DNA of 64,000 bases, from NCBI GenBank assembly GCA_045658805.1, contig JAZOVQ010000053.1, positions 10,837 through 74,836 of the forward strand, given 5' to 3'. Under the pieces are notes generated by a model. That model did no database searches. It had not been told where the DNA came from and saw nothing but the letters and a program-made list of their open reading frames with translations. Shown here one piece after another: positions 39,035 through 46,909 of this stretch; within the stretch, counting starts at the first letter, position 1, and each line of letters begins with the position of its first letter. The translations under genes and the position numbers were made by a program. The DNA is from Candidatus Scatosoma sp. Its GTDB lineage: Bacteria; Bacillota; Clostridia; Christensenellales; Borkfalkiaceae.

Positions 39035-39179
39035 AAATTCCTCCTTGTGCATGCAAAGGTTCGCTTTGCATACTCTTTGTTTTTTTCTTTTTATATACCC
39101 CCGCCATACGCCCGCATTTGGCAAAATGTACACGTAGCGCATACGCGTACGCACGACAAGAATATAATACCTTGCATTT

Positions 39180-39208
39180 ATTATACAACAAATCTTCTAT
39201 TTTGTCAA
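39180..39208 (-). promoter_or_regulatory. Consensus SigA promoter for the ABC/surface-protein operon
   Basis: Minus strand TTGACA (39208-39203), 17 nt, TATAAT (39185-39180). The leader is about 140 nt. Confidence 0.6.
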
Positions 39209-39331
39209 TACGAAATCTTATCCCCTTTGTCACATTTTTTGCCATAATTACCCCTCATTGGCACTATTTTCACAATTTTTGTCATGTTTTATTAAAAATA
39301 TCATATTTCTTGCAGTTTTTTACAATATATA

Positions 39332-39359
39332 TTGACATTTTAATTTTTTATGTTACAAT
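39332..39359 (+). promoter_or_regulatory. Promoter of the AraC-type regulator (predicts a leaderless mRNA)
   Basis: TTGACA (39332-39337), 16 nt, TACAAT (39354-39359). The ATG is at 39366, 7 nt after the -10, and there is no Shine-Dalgarno. Confidence 0.55.
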
Positions 39360-39365
39360 AAAGCC

Positions 39366-40175
39366 ATGGAACAGACAAAACAGTATTCAAACGAAAATCC
39401 TTTATACGAGCATCTTGCGGACAATCCCTTTTATTTGTTCTTAAAGAAAGAGAGTTTTTTCTTTCACATTCCGCATTATCACGAAAGCCTGGAATTTGTG
39501 TATATGCTTAAAGGCAGCACTACGGTGCATTTGGGCAGCGAAACGTACACCTTGACAAAAGGCGACGCTTTTTTATGCAATTCGCAACAGGTGCATTTTT
39601 ACGAAAACCAAGACCCCGACAAGATCGGTATCGTTGTGGTTTTAAGCAATAAATACACGCATAATTTCCGTGAACTGTGCAAAAATGCCACTCTCCCTTC
39701 TTTCCTCACCGATAAGAAGGCGAACGTGGAACTTTGTACGCTGCTTCAAAATTGGTTGGACTACAAGGATAGAACTTTCCTCACCGATTGCGCTTTTGCC
39801 AATTTGTTGCTCGATAAGCTGATTAAGCTGTACGGGTTTGTGGACGCGGACGAGGTGGATACCTTAAACACCACCGCCATCGCGTTTATCAATTATATCC
39901 AAGAAAATTATCATTTGGATCTTTCCTTGGAAACCGCTGCCGAGCATTTTGGATATTCCAAAGAATATTTCTCTAAAAAATTTAAACAAATTGTGGGAAA
40001 AAATTTCCTCTCCCTTTTGAACAGTATTCGATTGCAAAAGGCCGTTGAGTTACTCAACGATCCCGATAAAAAATACACCTTTAACGAGGTATGCGCAAAA
40101 TGCGGTTTTAACAATTCCGCTTCCTTGTATCGACATTTGAAAAAGGTCAAGCAAGCCAACCCTCGTCTCCAATAA
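39366..40175 (+). CDS. AraC-family transcriptional regulator (cupin sensor + HTH)
   Basis: 269 aa. N-terminal cupin (FHIPHYHESLEFVYMLKG) and C-terminal AraC HTH (FGYSKEYFSKKFKQIVGKNF...CGFNNSASLYRHLKK). Only plus-strand gene, divergent from the ABC operon. Confidence 0.9.
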   Translation: MEQTKQYSNENPLYEHLADNPFYLFLKKESFFFHIPHYHESLEFVYMLKGSTTVHLGSETYTLTKGDAFLCNSQQVHFYENQDPDKIGIVVVLSNKYTHNFRELCKNATLPSFLTDKKANVELCTLLQNWLDYKDRTFLTDCAFANLLLDKLIKLYGFVDADEVDTLNTTAIAFINYIQENYHLDLSLETAAEHFGYSKEYFSKKFKQIVGKNFLSLLNSIRLQKAVELLNDPDKKYTFNEVCAKCGFNNSASLYRHLKKVKQANPRLQ

Positions 40176-40186
40176 ACCACGAAAAA

Positions 40187-40216
40187 AGCAACCCGCAAAG
40201 GTTGCTCTTTTTTTCT
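40187..40216 (+). terminator. Rho-independent terminator after the AraC gene (possibly bidirectional)
   Basis: Stem AGCAACC / GGTTGCT (40187-40193 / 40200-40206), then CTTTTTTT. An A-run on the other side would serve the convergent minus-strand transcript. Confidence 0.75.
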
Positions 40217-40285
40217 CCTCGTAAATAAAATGCTCGAAAAAAATTAGCGTGACGCTCGGTTAAGAGCATCACGCTATTGTTTTTG

Positions 40286-40411
40286 TTACTGACCGAAATT
40301 TTCAGGGAATTCGGGCATATCCGTGGTATTGTCGTTCAACGAAGTGCGAACGATATCTTCGGTAGAGAAGAAAACCAATTCCAATTCAACATTTTCATAC
40401 ATTTTTTTCAT
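40286..40411 (-). CDS. Unannotated 41-codon ORF immediately downstream of the 1964-aa gene
   Basis: Below the ORF-track size cutoff. The stop of the giant gene (TAA 40427-40425) is embedded in TAAGGAGG, and the ATG follows 8 nt later at 40411. Translation: MKKMYENVELELVFFSTEDIVRTSLNDNTTDMPEFPENFGQ (acidic, no Cys, no signal peptide). Confidence 0.5.
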   Translation of the reverse strand: MKKMYENVELELVFFSTEDIVRTSLNDNTTDMPEFPENFGQ

Positions 40412-40424
40412 TTGATTTTCCTCC

Positions 40425-43400
40425 TTAACCCACGCAAATTACCGCTTGACCAGGTTGCAACGTAACGCTACCGGAAACCACTTGATAAGGTTGTTCCGCC
40501 GTACCTACGCCGTAGCCGATAAGATAGCATACGCTACCCGAAGCCGTTACCGAAGGCGTTGCCTTCAAATCACACGTATCCGCGTTGGTGTACATCGTGA
40601 TCGTCTTCGAGCCGTTGGAAAGCGTCGTCGTTAACAATTCTTTACTGCTGTTATAATCTCTCGTCTTCAACTTGTAACCATTGAAGATGCTTTGAATTAC
40701 TTCAAATTGCGATGCCGCCTTTTGCGCCGCATTGTAATAGGAATAGCCCGACGTTGCATTGTTACCGATGCCGTTACCATAACCGTTACCATCGAAGCCA
40801 ACCATGGAAGCCGCCAATTCGGTTACAATGGGGAAGTAACAGAACCAAGAATAGCCTGCTACGTTATGCGCAGCTGCGTACAACATAGCCATATACAAAT
40901 CTTGTTCCGTCAACTTACCTTCCGTACCCTTGTTTTGCGTATGCGCAGTAATTGCTTGATAGAATTTAATATCGCCGCTTACAACAGCGTTCGTACCGTT
41001 GCCGTACAATTCTTCAAACGTCGACTTATATCTATCCGTGCTGTCACCCATTGCGTGACTGGTATAGATGTCAACGTAGAGATAATCAAGCTCGGTATAC
41101 TTCAACCAGTTGGTAAGATAATCGTTATAATTCCAAATGGTCGAGAAGCCTACGTTCTTTTGATACAAACATGCAAGGAAGAAAGGTTCGTTGCCGTTTG
41201 CCTTGGAAAGACCAAGTTCAGCGCAAGCCGCTTTCAACGCCTTAACCGTATACCCTACGTTTTGAACTTCGTTTCTTTCAGGTTCGTCTTTAAGCGAGAA
41301 ACCGTAGAATGCAGGATGTTGTACATATTCAGCAAAACCCGCGCGCGATTTAATTACGTTTGCAACCTGCGATTGAGAGCTTGCTTCCTTGGACAATTGA
41401 TAGAACGCTTCGTCACAAACGATTACCTTCATACCAAGCGTCCAAGCGGTATCCATAACGTATTTCAAACGGCTAGTATGCCATACGTCGTCCGTTTCAA
41501 AAGAAGCAATACTGCCTTCGTTAATCAAAAGGATATTGTTGCCCATTGCCTTCAATCTCGCTGCGTGCGCAGGGAGTTCATCAGGAGAAGTCCAATCGGT
41601 TGCATTTGCTTCGTTAGGCGACCAACCCGTGTCCTTGTTATAATATACGAAATATTCGTCATCCGAAGTCAAGATAGTACCCTGGTCGTCAATGTAATAA
41701 TTGCCAGACGTGGAAATACCAAGCGTCTTCATTTGCGATTCGGTGAACTTGTACAAGCCGCTGTACATTGCCTTATAGCTGAATACAGGCTTCACTTCTA
41801 CCGTTGCAAAGCTTGCGCTGGTTGCAGAAGTCTTAAATTCGTCATAATAGGAATATGCCGTAACCGTTACGTTGTGTTGACCTACAACTTCCGTCGTGTA
41901 GGAAAGTTCTTCGTCAGCCATTACGATAACGCCGTCACGATAATCGTTGTCGTCTTTTACAAGGTAATAATCGGCATTTTCTACCGCTTCCCAGGTTACG
42001 TAGTAACCCATACCTTGCGATACAACGGGCGTTGCAAGCTTCGTGTTACCAACGTTGTTGCCAAGCTCGTCACTCGTCTTGATCGTTTCAAGAATTGCTA
42101 CGCAATCTGCAAGAGTGCCAAGGTCGCCGTCCAAAATACCGTTCATTGCTTCCTCAACAACCTCTTCTACCTTTGCTTTATGCAAATCGGTATAAACGTC
42201 GCTGTTAAGATAGTTTTTCAAGAACGCAGAGTAGTATTTAAGGGTTTCGTTTTCGTCATAATCGGAAAGCATGAACGAAATGCTCAAGCCGTTCGTGGTC
42301 ATTCTATAACCGCTTACAACGTATACGCTATTACCGATAACTACGCTGGAATTGTAACCTGCAACGATACGGAAACCATTGATAACCAACGCTTCTACCG
42401 AACCGCTTTCTACCGTAATGGTTACTACCGAGCCGTTTTTCGTAATTGCCAATTGATAATTGCCCACTTTATCCGCAGTTTGACTTACGTTCAAGTCTTC
42501 GTCGATCGTAATATCAGCAACGCTGTTTACGTAATCGATAACCGATTCAGGTCTTTCGTTTGCTTTATAAGCCAACGTTGCAACTTCGTAAACGCTTCTT
42601 GCGTTTTCAGCAGGGTTATACGGCGTATAAACGTAACCCGTTTCGCCGTTGGAATAGTTAAGTTTCAAATAGCCTCTTGCCGACATAGAACGCGCGTATT
42701 GCGCAGGACTAATATTTACAAGCGCCGCTACGTACGTCCACGTGTCGCCCGATTGCGAGCTCCACGTGCTAGTAGGTACGTCTACAAAATAGCCAGCAGG
42801 GAAGGTTGTATGTACAAAATCAATATCACCGCTGAGATAATTGGTGGGAACGATAAGCGTACCTGCGCCTGCAATTAAGCCGTTGTTTACACCATAGGTG
42901 TATGCGTTGCCGTCAACGTCCACAAGGAAACGAAGACCGCTCTTGCCCGTAGCTCTTACAGCTGCACCATCGCGCATCTTAAAGCCAATCCATACGGGAT
43001 ACAACGTCGTATCCCCCGTCAACGTATATTCGTAACCAGCAGGATACAAATCGGGAACGGTGTTGATATCCGTCGTCCAACCTGCAAATACGTTGCCCGT
43101 TTGTCCATAAGTGTATGCATCCAATTCGGGAAGTGCGTACTTCCAAGCCGTTTCAGTGCTAAGCACTTCGCTGCCGTCATGAAGGGTAAGGGTATGTCTT
43201 TCTTCCCCTTCCGTCATACCAGGATCGCTGATACGAATACCGTTTGCAACCTGCGACGTGGTCGTAAATACCAATCTATTCGCATAAGGAGCATAGTCCA
43301 TGTACGTACCAGCAAGCGTATACGTTCTCTTCGTGAAATTACCGTCGATATCAGCATATACTTCTACCGTACCGTTGGACGCATCGATAAGCTTATAACC

Positions 43401-46319
43401 AAGCGTTACGCGATAAGTTACACCCTTTTCGAGACCCGTGCCGTTGTCATTGTATTCAAATGCGTCGATGTTACCATCGTTTTCGCCGGTATTGTAAGCA
43501 CTGGGGTGGCTGAAGAATTGAACACACTTATTGGTAGAGCCCGGACGATAGAGGTATATTCTCCAGCCGAAGCAATAGGACGAGTTTTGACCGTGGGTAG
43601 ACGTTACGACGTTCAACGTCGTATATTCACCTTGCGCGGAAACGTCGTTAGAACCAAGGTTCAAGGACATATCAAAAGTAATAGAGAAAGAATCCGACGT
43701 ATTATAACCATAGAAGTTGGTCGCTTGGTCTACGTAGAGATAACCCTTTTCAAATGCCGCCGAGAGCGGATATCCCGTGTTGTACAAATCGGACAAAACA
43801 TAATTATTTTCGTACGAGGGCATCGTAGCGTTGCCCAAATCGCCCTGTCTTACCCATACGCCGTTTTCATTGAGGAAGGTTACGTCCTCTTCCACTACGA
43901 AACAGGTCTTGTTGTTTGCATCTTCACGATATGCGTTGGTAGGGATTTGTGCGCCCTTCTTAATTACCACTTTGTTTGCAGGCGCCGCCGTACCAGCGGG
44001 CAAATAGCTTGCAAACGAACCAATTCTAGTCCAAATGTTGAGATATGCGTCACCGCCTGCCGCAGGTGCCGCGCTTACTCTCTTACCGTCAATTTCAACA
44101 AAATTGAAGAAGTGTACACTGCTTACTCTGTCTTGTACCTTAATGGTATCGCCGTTGGGATAATCGTGGTTGGTCAAATGCACGATCAAGAAGCCTTCAG
44201 AATATTCAAGCTTAGAAATATTCGTTTCGGTTTCCGTGAAATCGTGCGCCGTATATACAGCGTTTACAACGATGTCGTCACCCGTAAGCGTGTAGCTTTC
44301 CCATACCGCTTTATAGCCGTCTTTTTCAGGAACTGCAGGAATTTCACCGTCCATACCGTTCGATTTGGTATACGTACGGGTTGCAACGGTTGCGCCGTCC
44401 GCAACGAAAGTGATTTTACCTTGTTTTTCCCAGTTTGCTTCCACGTTATCGCTCATACGGATAAAGGTCACTTCTTCCGTCGTTACGTAGAAAACTTGCG
44501 TGCCGTTTTTCGCGTATGCCAACGAAGGGAATTGCGCGCCTGCACGGATTACAATCTTATTTGCCGTTCTTGCTTCGCCGGGAATATGTACGGCAAAGTT
44601 GTGACCAACGAATTTGTTGATCCACATCCAGTCTTCACTCGCTCTCGATGCGCCGTAATTGTTATACATCGAACGAAGCGTGAAACCGTCTACGATAATG
44701 TTATCAAAAAGGTTAAGCGCCAACACTTTTTCAGCGGAAACACCGATATTGTAGGTACTTGCGTTGTTGTCGTTGGGCGCGGGATAGTCGCTGTTGCTCA
44801 AGTTTACGTTGATAACGTTGCTCGATCTACCGTATTGAAGCAAGGTAACTTCGGTATCGAAATCCCCTTCAGGAATGTATTTTTCCCAAACGCCTTGATC
44901 GTTTTTAACGAAGGTAACGTCCTCTTTGGTTTCGTACACTTCTCTATCGCCCGTCACAAGCGCATTGTACGTAGGAAGTTGACAGCCTGCCAAAACGGTA
45001 ATTTTGGTCGCGTTGTTGTCGCCGGGACGGAAGGTGAAATAACCATAGTTACCCCATACGTTCAAGAACGCTTCGCCAGGCATTGCCAAAGGTTGATCGT
45101 CAATCAATACGTGCGAAAGGAAGTTTTCGCTTTGCGCGTAATATTTAGCCGATTGTGCGCCGCCTGCATAGGTATTGGGAGCGGAGCTGTAATTGCTGCC
45201 TGCAATTGCAATACCGGCAAACGCGTCGCCGCTGTCACCGAACATTCTAACGTCCGAAACGTCCGCTGCAATGGTTACAAGAGGCTTTTGCCACGAACCG
45301 TCCGGTTGTTTATAGAACGTTACGTCCGTTTTCGTTTCATAGAACATGTAAACGGGGTTGCCGTTGAACGCGAACATGTTGTTCATTGCATACGAAGGGA
45401 AATACGTACCTGCAGGAATGAAGATTTCTTCGCTTTCTTCTTCCATTGCGCGGATTACGAAAGAGTAGAACCCTTTACCCTTGGTGCCGAGGTTGAACAA
45501 ACCGTAAGCTTCCGTTTTAGAAGCTACGCCATCTACCAAAATCTTGCTTGCGTAATGGTTGCCCATAAATTCGGACGATTGATATTGCGCTCTGTTGAAT
45601 TCCGTTTGGTCGCTAATTGCCGCATAGTCGTCACCCTTCAAGGATACGCCGAGGTATGAGTTGCCGTACGTAGCGTCCCAACCGGTTACGTAATCGATTG
45701 CTTGCACGTCCGTTTTACCAATGATTTTGATGCCGTAAGCAACGCCCGACGACGCCATGGTATAATCACAGCCAGCGCGATAAACGGTTGCCGTTTTATC
45801 CCCCATCAAATAACCATAGCTGGGGATTATCGCGCCTTCCAAAATGGTCGCAAACGTGCCGCCGCCGATACCCGCCGCCGACGCCGCCGTCATGTTATCT
45901 CTACCCATGGAAAGGTGCAACGTAATCATGTAGCTCGGTTCTTGATTATTCAAGTCTACGCCGTTGTCGTAGCAGGTGGTACAACCCCATTCTGCCAACG
46001 TCTTATCACCAAGCTTAATGTGATTAAAGAAATCCATGTTTCTAAGCACCCAAGGCATATCGTGTTCGCCTTGATAGGTAATGGTGCCCTTTTGCGAGCC
46101 CCAATCCGCTTCACCAAGCGTAATGTTCATGGTGAAGTTACCGTTGCCGTACCAGCCAGCAACACGCGCGCCCATTGCCACGTCTTTCGTCGTGTACGTT
46201 TCAGCCGCTTGCGCTGTCGTGATTGCGCCAGGTCCAGAGAACACGATGCCGAAGCAAAGCGCGATGCTCATTACCAAGCCCATCAACACGGTAAGTACTG
46301 TTTTTCTTACTCTTGTCAT
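40425..46319 (-). CDS. 1964-aa secreted multidomain protein: 5 copies of the unknown module, 2 flg_new repeats, beta-sandwich domains, FN3-like domain, C-terminal TIM-barrel glycosidase-like region
   Basis: Signal peptide MTRVRKTVLTVLMGLVMSIALCFGIVFSGPGAITTAQA|AE. The N-terminal about 430 aa are paralogous to the 1339-aa protein (VAGWYGNGNF...LGEADW, DFFNHIKLGDKTLAEWGCTTCYDN, NGNPVYMFYE). flg_new signatures DGYKAVWESYTLTGDDIVVNAVYT and FAGWTTDINTVPDLYPAGYEYTLTGDTTLYPVW. The C-terminal region has FYGFSLKDEPE and GNEPFFLACLY strands, only weakly clan GH-A-like. Confidence 0.85.
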   Translation of the reverse strand: MTRVRKTVLTVLMGLVMSIALCFGIVFSGPGAITTAQAAETYTTKDVAMGARVAGWYGNGNFTMNITLGEADWGSQKGTITYQGEHDMPWVLRNMDFFNHIKLGDKTLAEWGCTTCYDNGVDLNNQEPSYMITLHLSMGRDNMTAASAAGIGGGTFATILEGAIIPSYGYLMGDKTATVYRAGCDYTMASSGVAYGIKIIGKTDVQAIDYVTGWDATYGNSYLGVSLKGDDYAAISDQTEFNRAQYQSSEFMGNHYASKILVDGVASKTEAYGLFNLGTKGKGFYSFVIRAMEEESEEIFIPAGTYFPSYAMNNMFAFNGNPVYMFYETKTDVTFYKQPDGSWQKPLVTIAADVSDVRMFGDSGDAFAGIAIAGSNYSSAPNTYAGGAQSAKYYAQSENFLSHVLIDDQPLAMPGEAFLNVWGNYGYFTFRPGDNNATKITVLAGCQLPTYNALVTGDREVYETKEDVTFVKNDQGVWEKYIPEGDFDTEVTLLQYGRSSNVINVNLSNSDYPAPNDNNASTYNIGVSAEKVLALNLFDNIIVDGFTLRSMYNNYGASRASEDWMWINKFVGHNFAVHIPGEARTANKIVIRAGAQFPSLAYAKNGTQVFYVTTEEVTFIRMSDNVEANWEKQGKITFVADGATVATRTYTKSNGMDGEIPAVPEKDGYKAVWESYTLTGDDIVVNAVYTAHDFTETETNISKLEYSEGFLIVHLTNHDYPNGDTIKVQDRVSSVHFFNFVEIDGKRVSAAPAAGGDAYLNIWTRIGSFASYLPAGTAAPANKVVIKKGAQIPTNAYREDANNKTCFVVEEDVTFLNENGVWVRQGDLGNATMPSYENNYVLSDLYNTGYPLSAAFEKGYLYVDQATNFYGYNTSDSFSITFDMSLNLGSNDVSAQGEYTTLNVVTSTHGQNSSYCFGWRIYLYRPGSTNKCVQFFSHPSAYNTGENDGNIDAFEYNDNGTGLEKGVTYRVTLGYKLIDASNGTVEVYADIDGNFTKRTYTLAGTYMDYAPYANRLVFTTTSQVANGIRISDPGMTEGEERHTLTLHDGSEVLSTETAWKYALPELDAYTYGQTGNVFAGWTTDINTVPDLYPAGYEYTLTGDTTLYPVWIGFKMRDGAAVRATGKSGLRFLVDVDGNAYTYGVNNGLIAGAGTLIVPTNYLSGDIDFVHTTFPAGYFVDVPTSTWSSQSGDTWTYVAALVNISPAQYARSMSARGYLKLNYSNGETGYVYTPYNPAENARSVYEVATLAYKANERPESVIDYVNSVADITIDEDLNVSQTADKVGNYQLAITKNGSVVTITVESGSVEALVINGFRIVAGYNSSVVIGNSVYVVSGYRMTTNGLSISFMLSDYDENETLKYYSAFLKNYLNSDVYTDLHKAKVEEVVEEAMNGILDGDLGTLADCVAILETIKTSDELGNNVGNTKLATPVVSQGMGYYVTWEAVENADYYLVKDDNDYRDGVIVMADEELSYTTEVVGQHNVTVTAYSYYDEFKTSATSASFATVEVKPVFSYKAMYSGLYKFTESQMKTLGISTSGNYYIDDQGTILTSDDEYFVYYNKDTGWSPNEANATDWTSPDELPAHAARLKAMGNNILLINEGSIASFETDDVWHTSRLKYVMDTAWTLGMKVIVCDEAFYQLSKEASSQSQVANVIKSRAGFAEYVQHPAFYGFSLKDEPERNEVQNVGYTVKALKAACAELGLSKANGNEPFFLACLYQKNVGFSTIWNYNDYLTNWLKYTELDYLYVDIYTSHAMGDSTDRYKSTFEELYGNGTNAVVSGDIKFYQAITAHTQNKGTEGKLTEQDLYMAMLYAAAHNVAGYSWFCYFPIVTELAASMVGFDGNGYGNGIGNNATSGYSYYNAAQKAASQFEVIQSIFNGYKLKTRDYNSSKELLTTTLSNGSKTITMYTNADTCDLKATPSVTASGSVCYLIGYGVGTAEQPYQVVSGSVTLQPGQAVICVG

Positions 46320-46443
46320 GTTATCCTCCTATAGATTCTACTTTGACTTTTTGTTCAAATTTTTGCAATTGGCCGATAAAACTCCGTCTGCAGCGCAACG
46401 AAAAACGTCTTATCAGCCCTGACTTATTATTAAGTCCTAATAA

Positions 46444-46472
46444 ATTTTATCAAAAAAAGAAAAACCTGTCAA
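46444..46472 (-). promoter_or_regulatory. Promoter of the 1964-aa gene
   Basis: Minus strand TTGACA (46472-46467), 17 nt, TAAAAT (46449-46444). The leader is about 118 nt. Confidence 0.55.
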
Positions 46473-46703
46473 TCTAAAACGAAGCGAGAAATCTTACATT
46501 TTTTGTGGAAATTATATATAATTTTTGTCATTTTTAGGTTATTTGTTTCATTTCTTGTCTTTTTATTGTTTCCGTTTACACAAAACTTGCATTTTCGCTC
46601 CTTGTTTCCATAAGCAAAACAAGCCTTTACGTATAAGGAAAAAACAGCGAAAAACAAGGAAAAATTGCGTTGCGCCGCTGCGGTTATTCTCGTAAATACG
46701 TAT

Positions 46704-46770
46704 GCTTTTTCGGCGAAAATTATGCAAATGGCACGGAGCAGGTATGCGTTGAACGCTTTTTCGGCGAAAA
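46704..46770. repeat. Two copies of a 16-mer containing the palindrome TTTTCG-G-CGAAAA, 51 bp apart (candidate operator pair)
   Basis: GCTTTTTCGGCGAAAA at 46704-46719 and 46755-46770. Both are preceded by TATGC. About 235-300 bp upstream of the promoter of the giant gene. Confidence 0.5.
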
Positions 46771-46798
46771 ATAAAGACGCGGTTTTAGCAACCACGCC
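46766..46798 (-). terminator. Probable terminator after the 46910-47326 lipoprotein gene
   Basis: Minus-strand stem 46798-46790 / 46784-46776 (9 bp including two G-U pairs that only pair on this strand), followed by TTTATTTTT. Confidence 0.5.
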
Positions 46799-46909
46799 TT
46801 ATTAATTTTGTTTGCCGCCGTTCCCCCCAATTAAGCCCAGCGCCACGAAAATAGCAAGCGAACAGCCAATTTTCTCATAAAAGATTTTGCCTTGCCAACG
46901 TTAAAAAAT

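Noticed and set aside
39035-39154. N-terminal extensions suggested by the ORF track for the SBP. The same applies to ligA, luxS, yicC, rpsU, rumA, the aminotransferase, the Gfo oxidoreductase, DUF5685, and the 46910 and 48907 genes.
   Set aside because: In each case an internal ATG is preceded by a strong GGAGG-type SD and yields the canonical family N-terminus or a proper signal peptide. The extensions run through promoters or terminators.
40277-40465. 62-aa plus-strand ORF overlapping the small minus-strand ORF and the end of the giant gene.
   Set aside because: It has no RBS and overlaps the 3' end of the 1964-aa CDS antisense. The minus-strand 41-codon ORF has a perfect SD and coupling to the upstream stop codon.
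46469-46795. 108-aa minus-strand ORF in the intergenic region upstream of the giant gene.
   Set aside because: No SD and a low-complexity Phe/Lys/Asn-rich translation. It spans the predicted promoter, a terminator and the repeated 16-mers, so it is most likely non-coding regulatory DNA.
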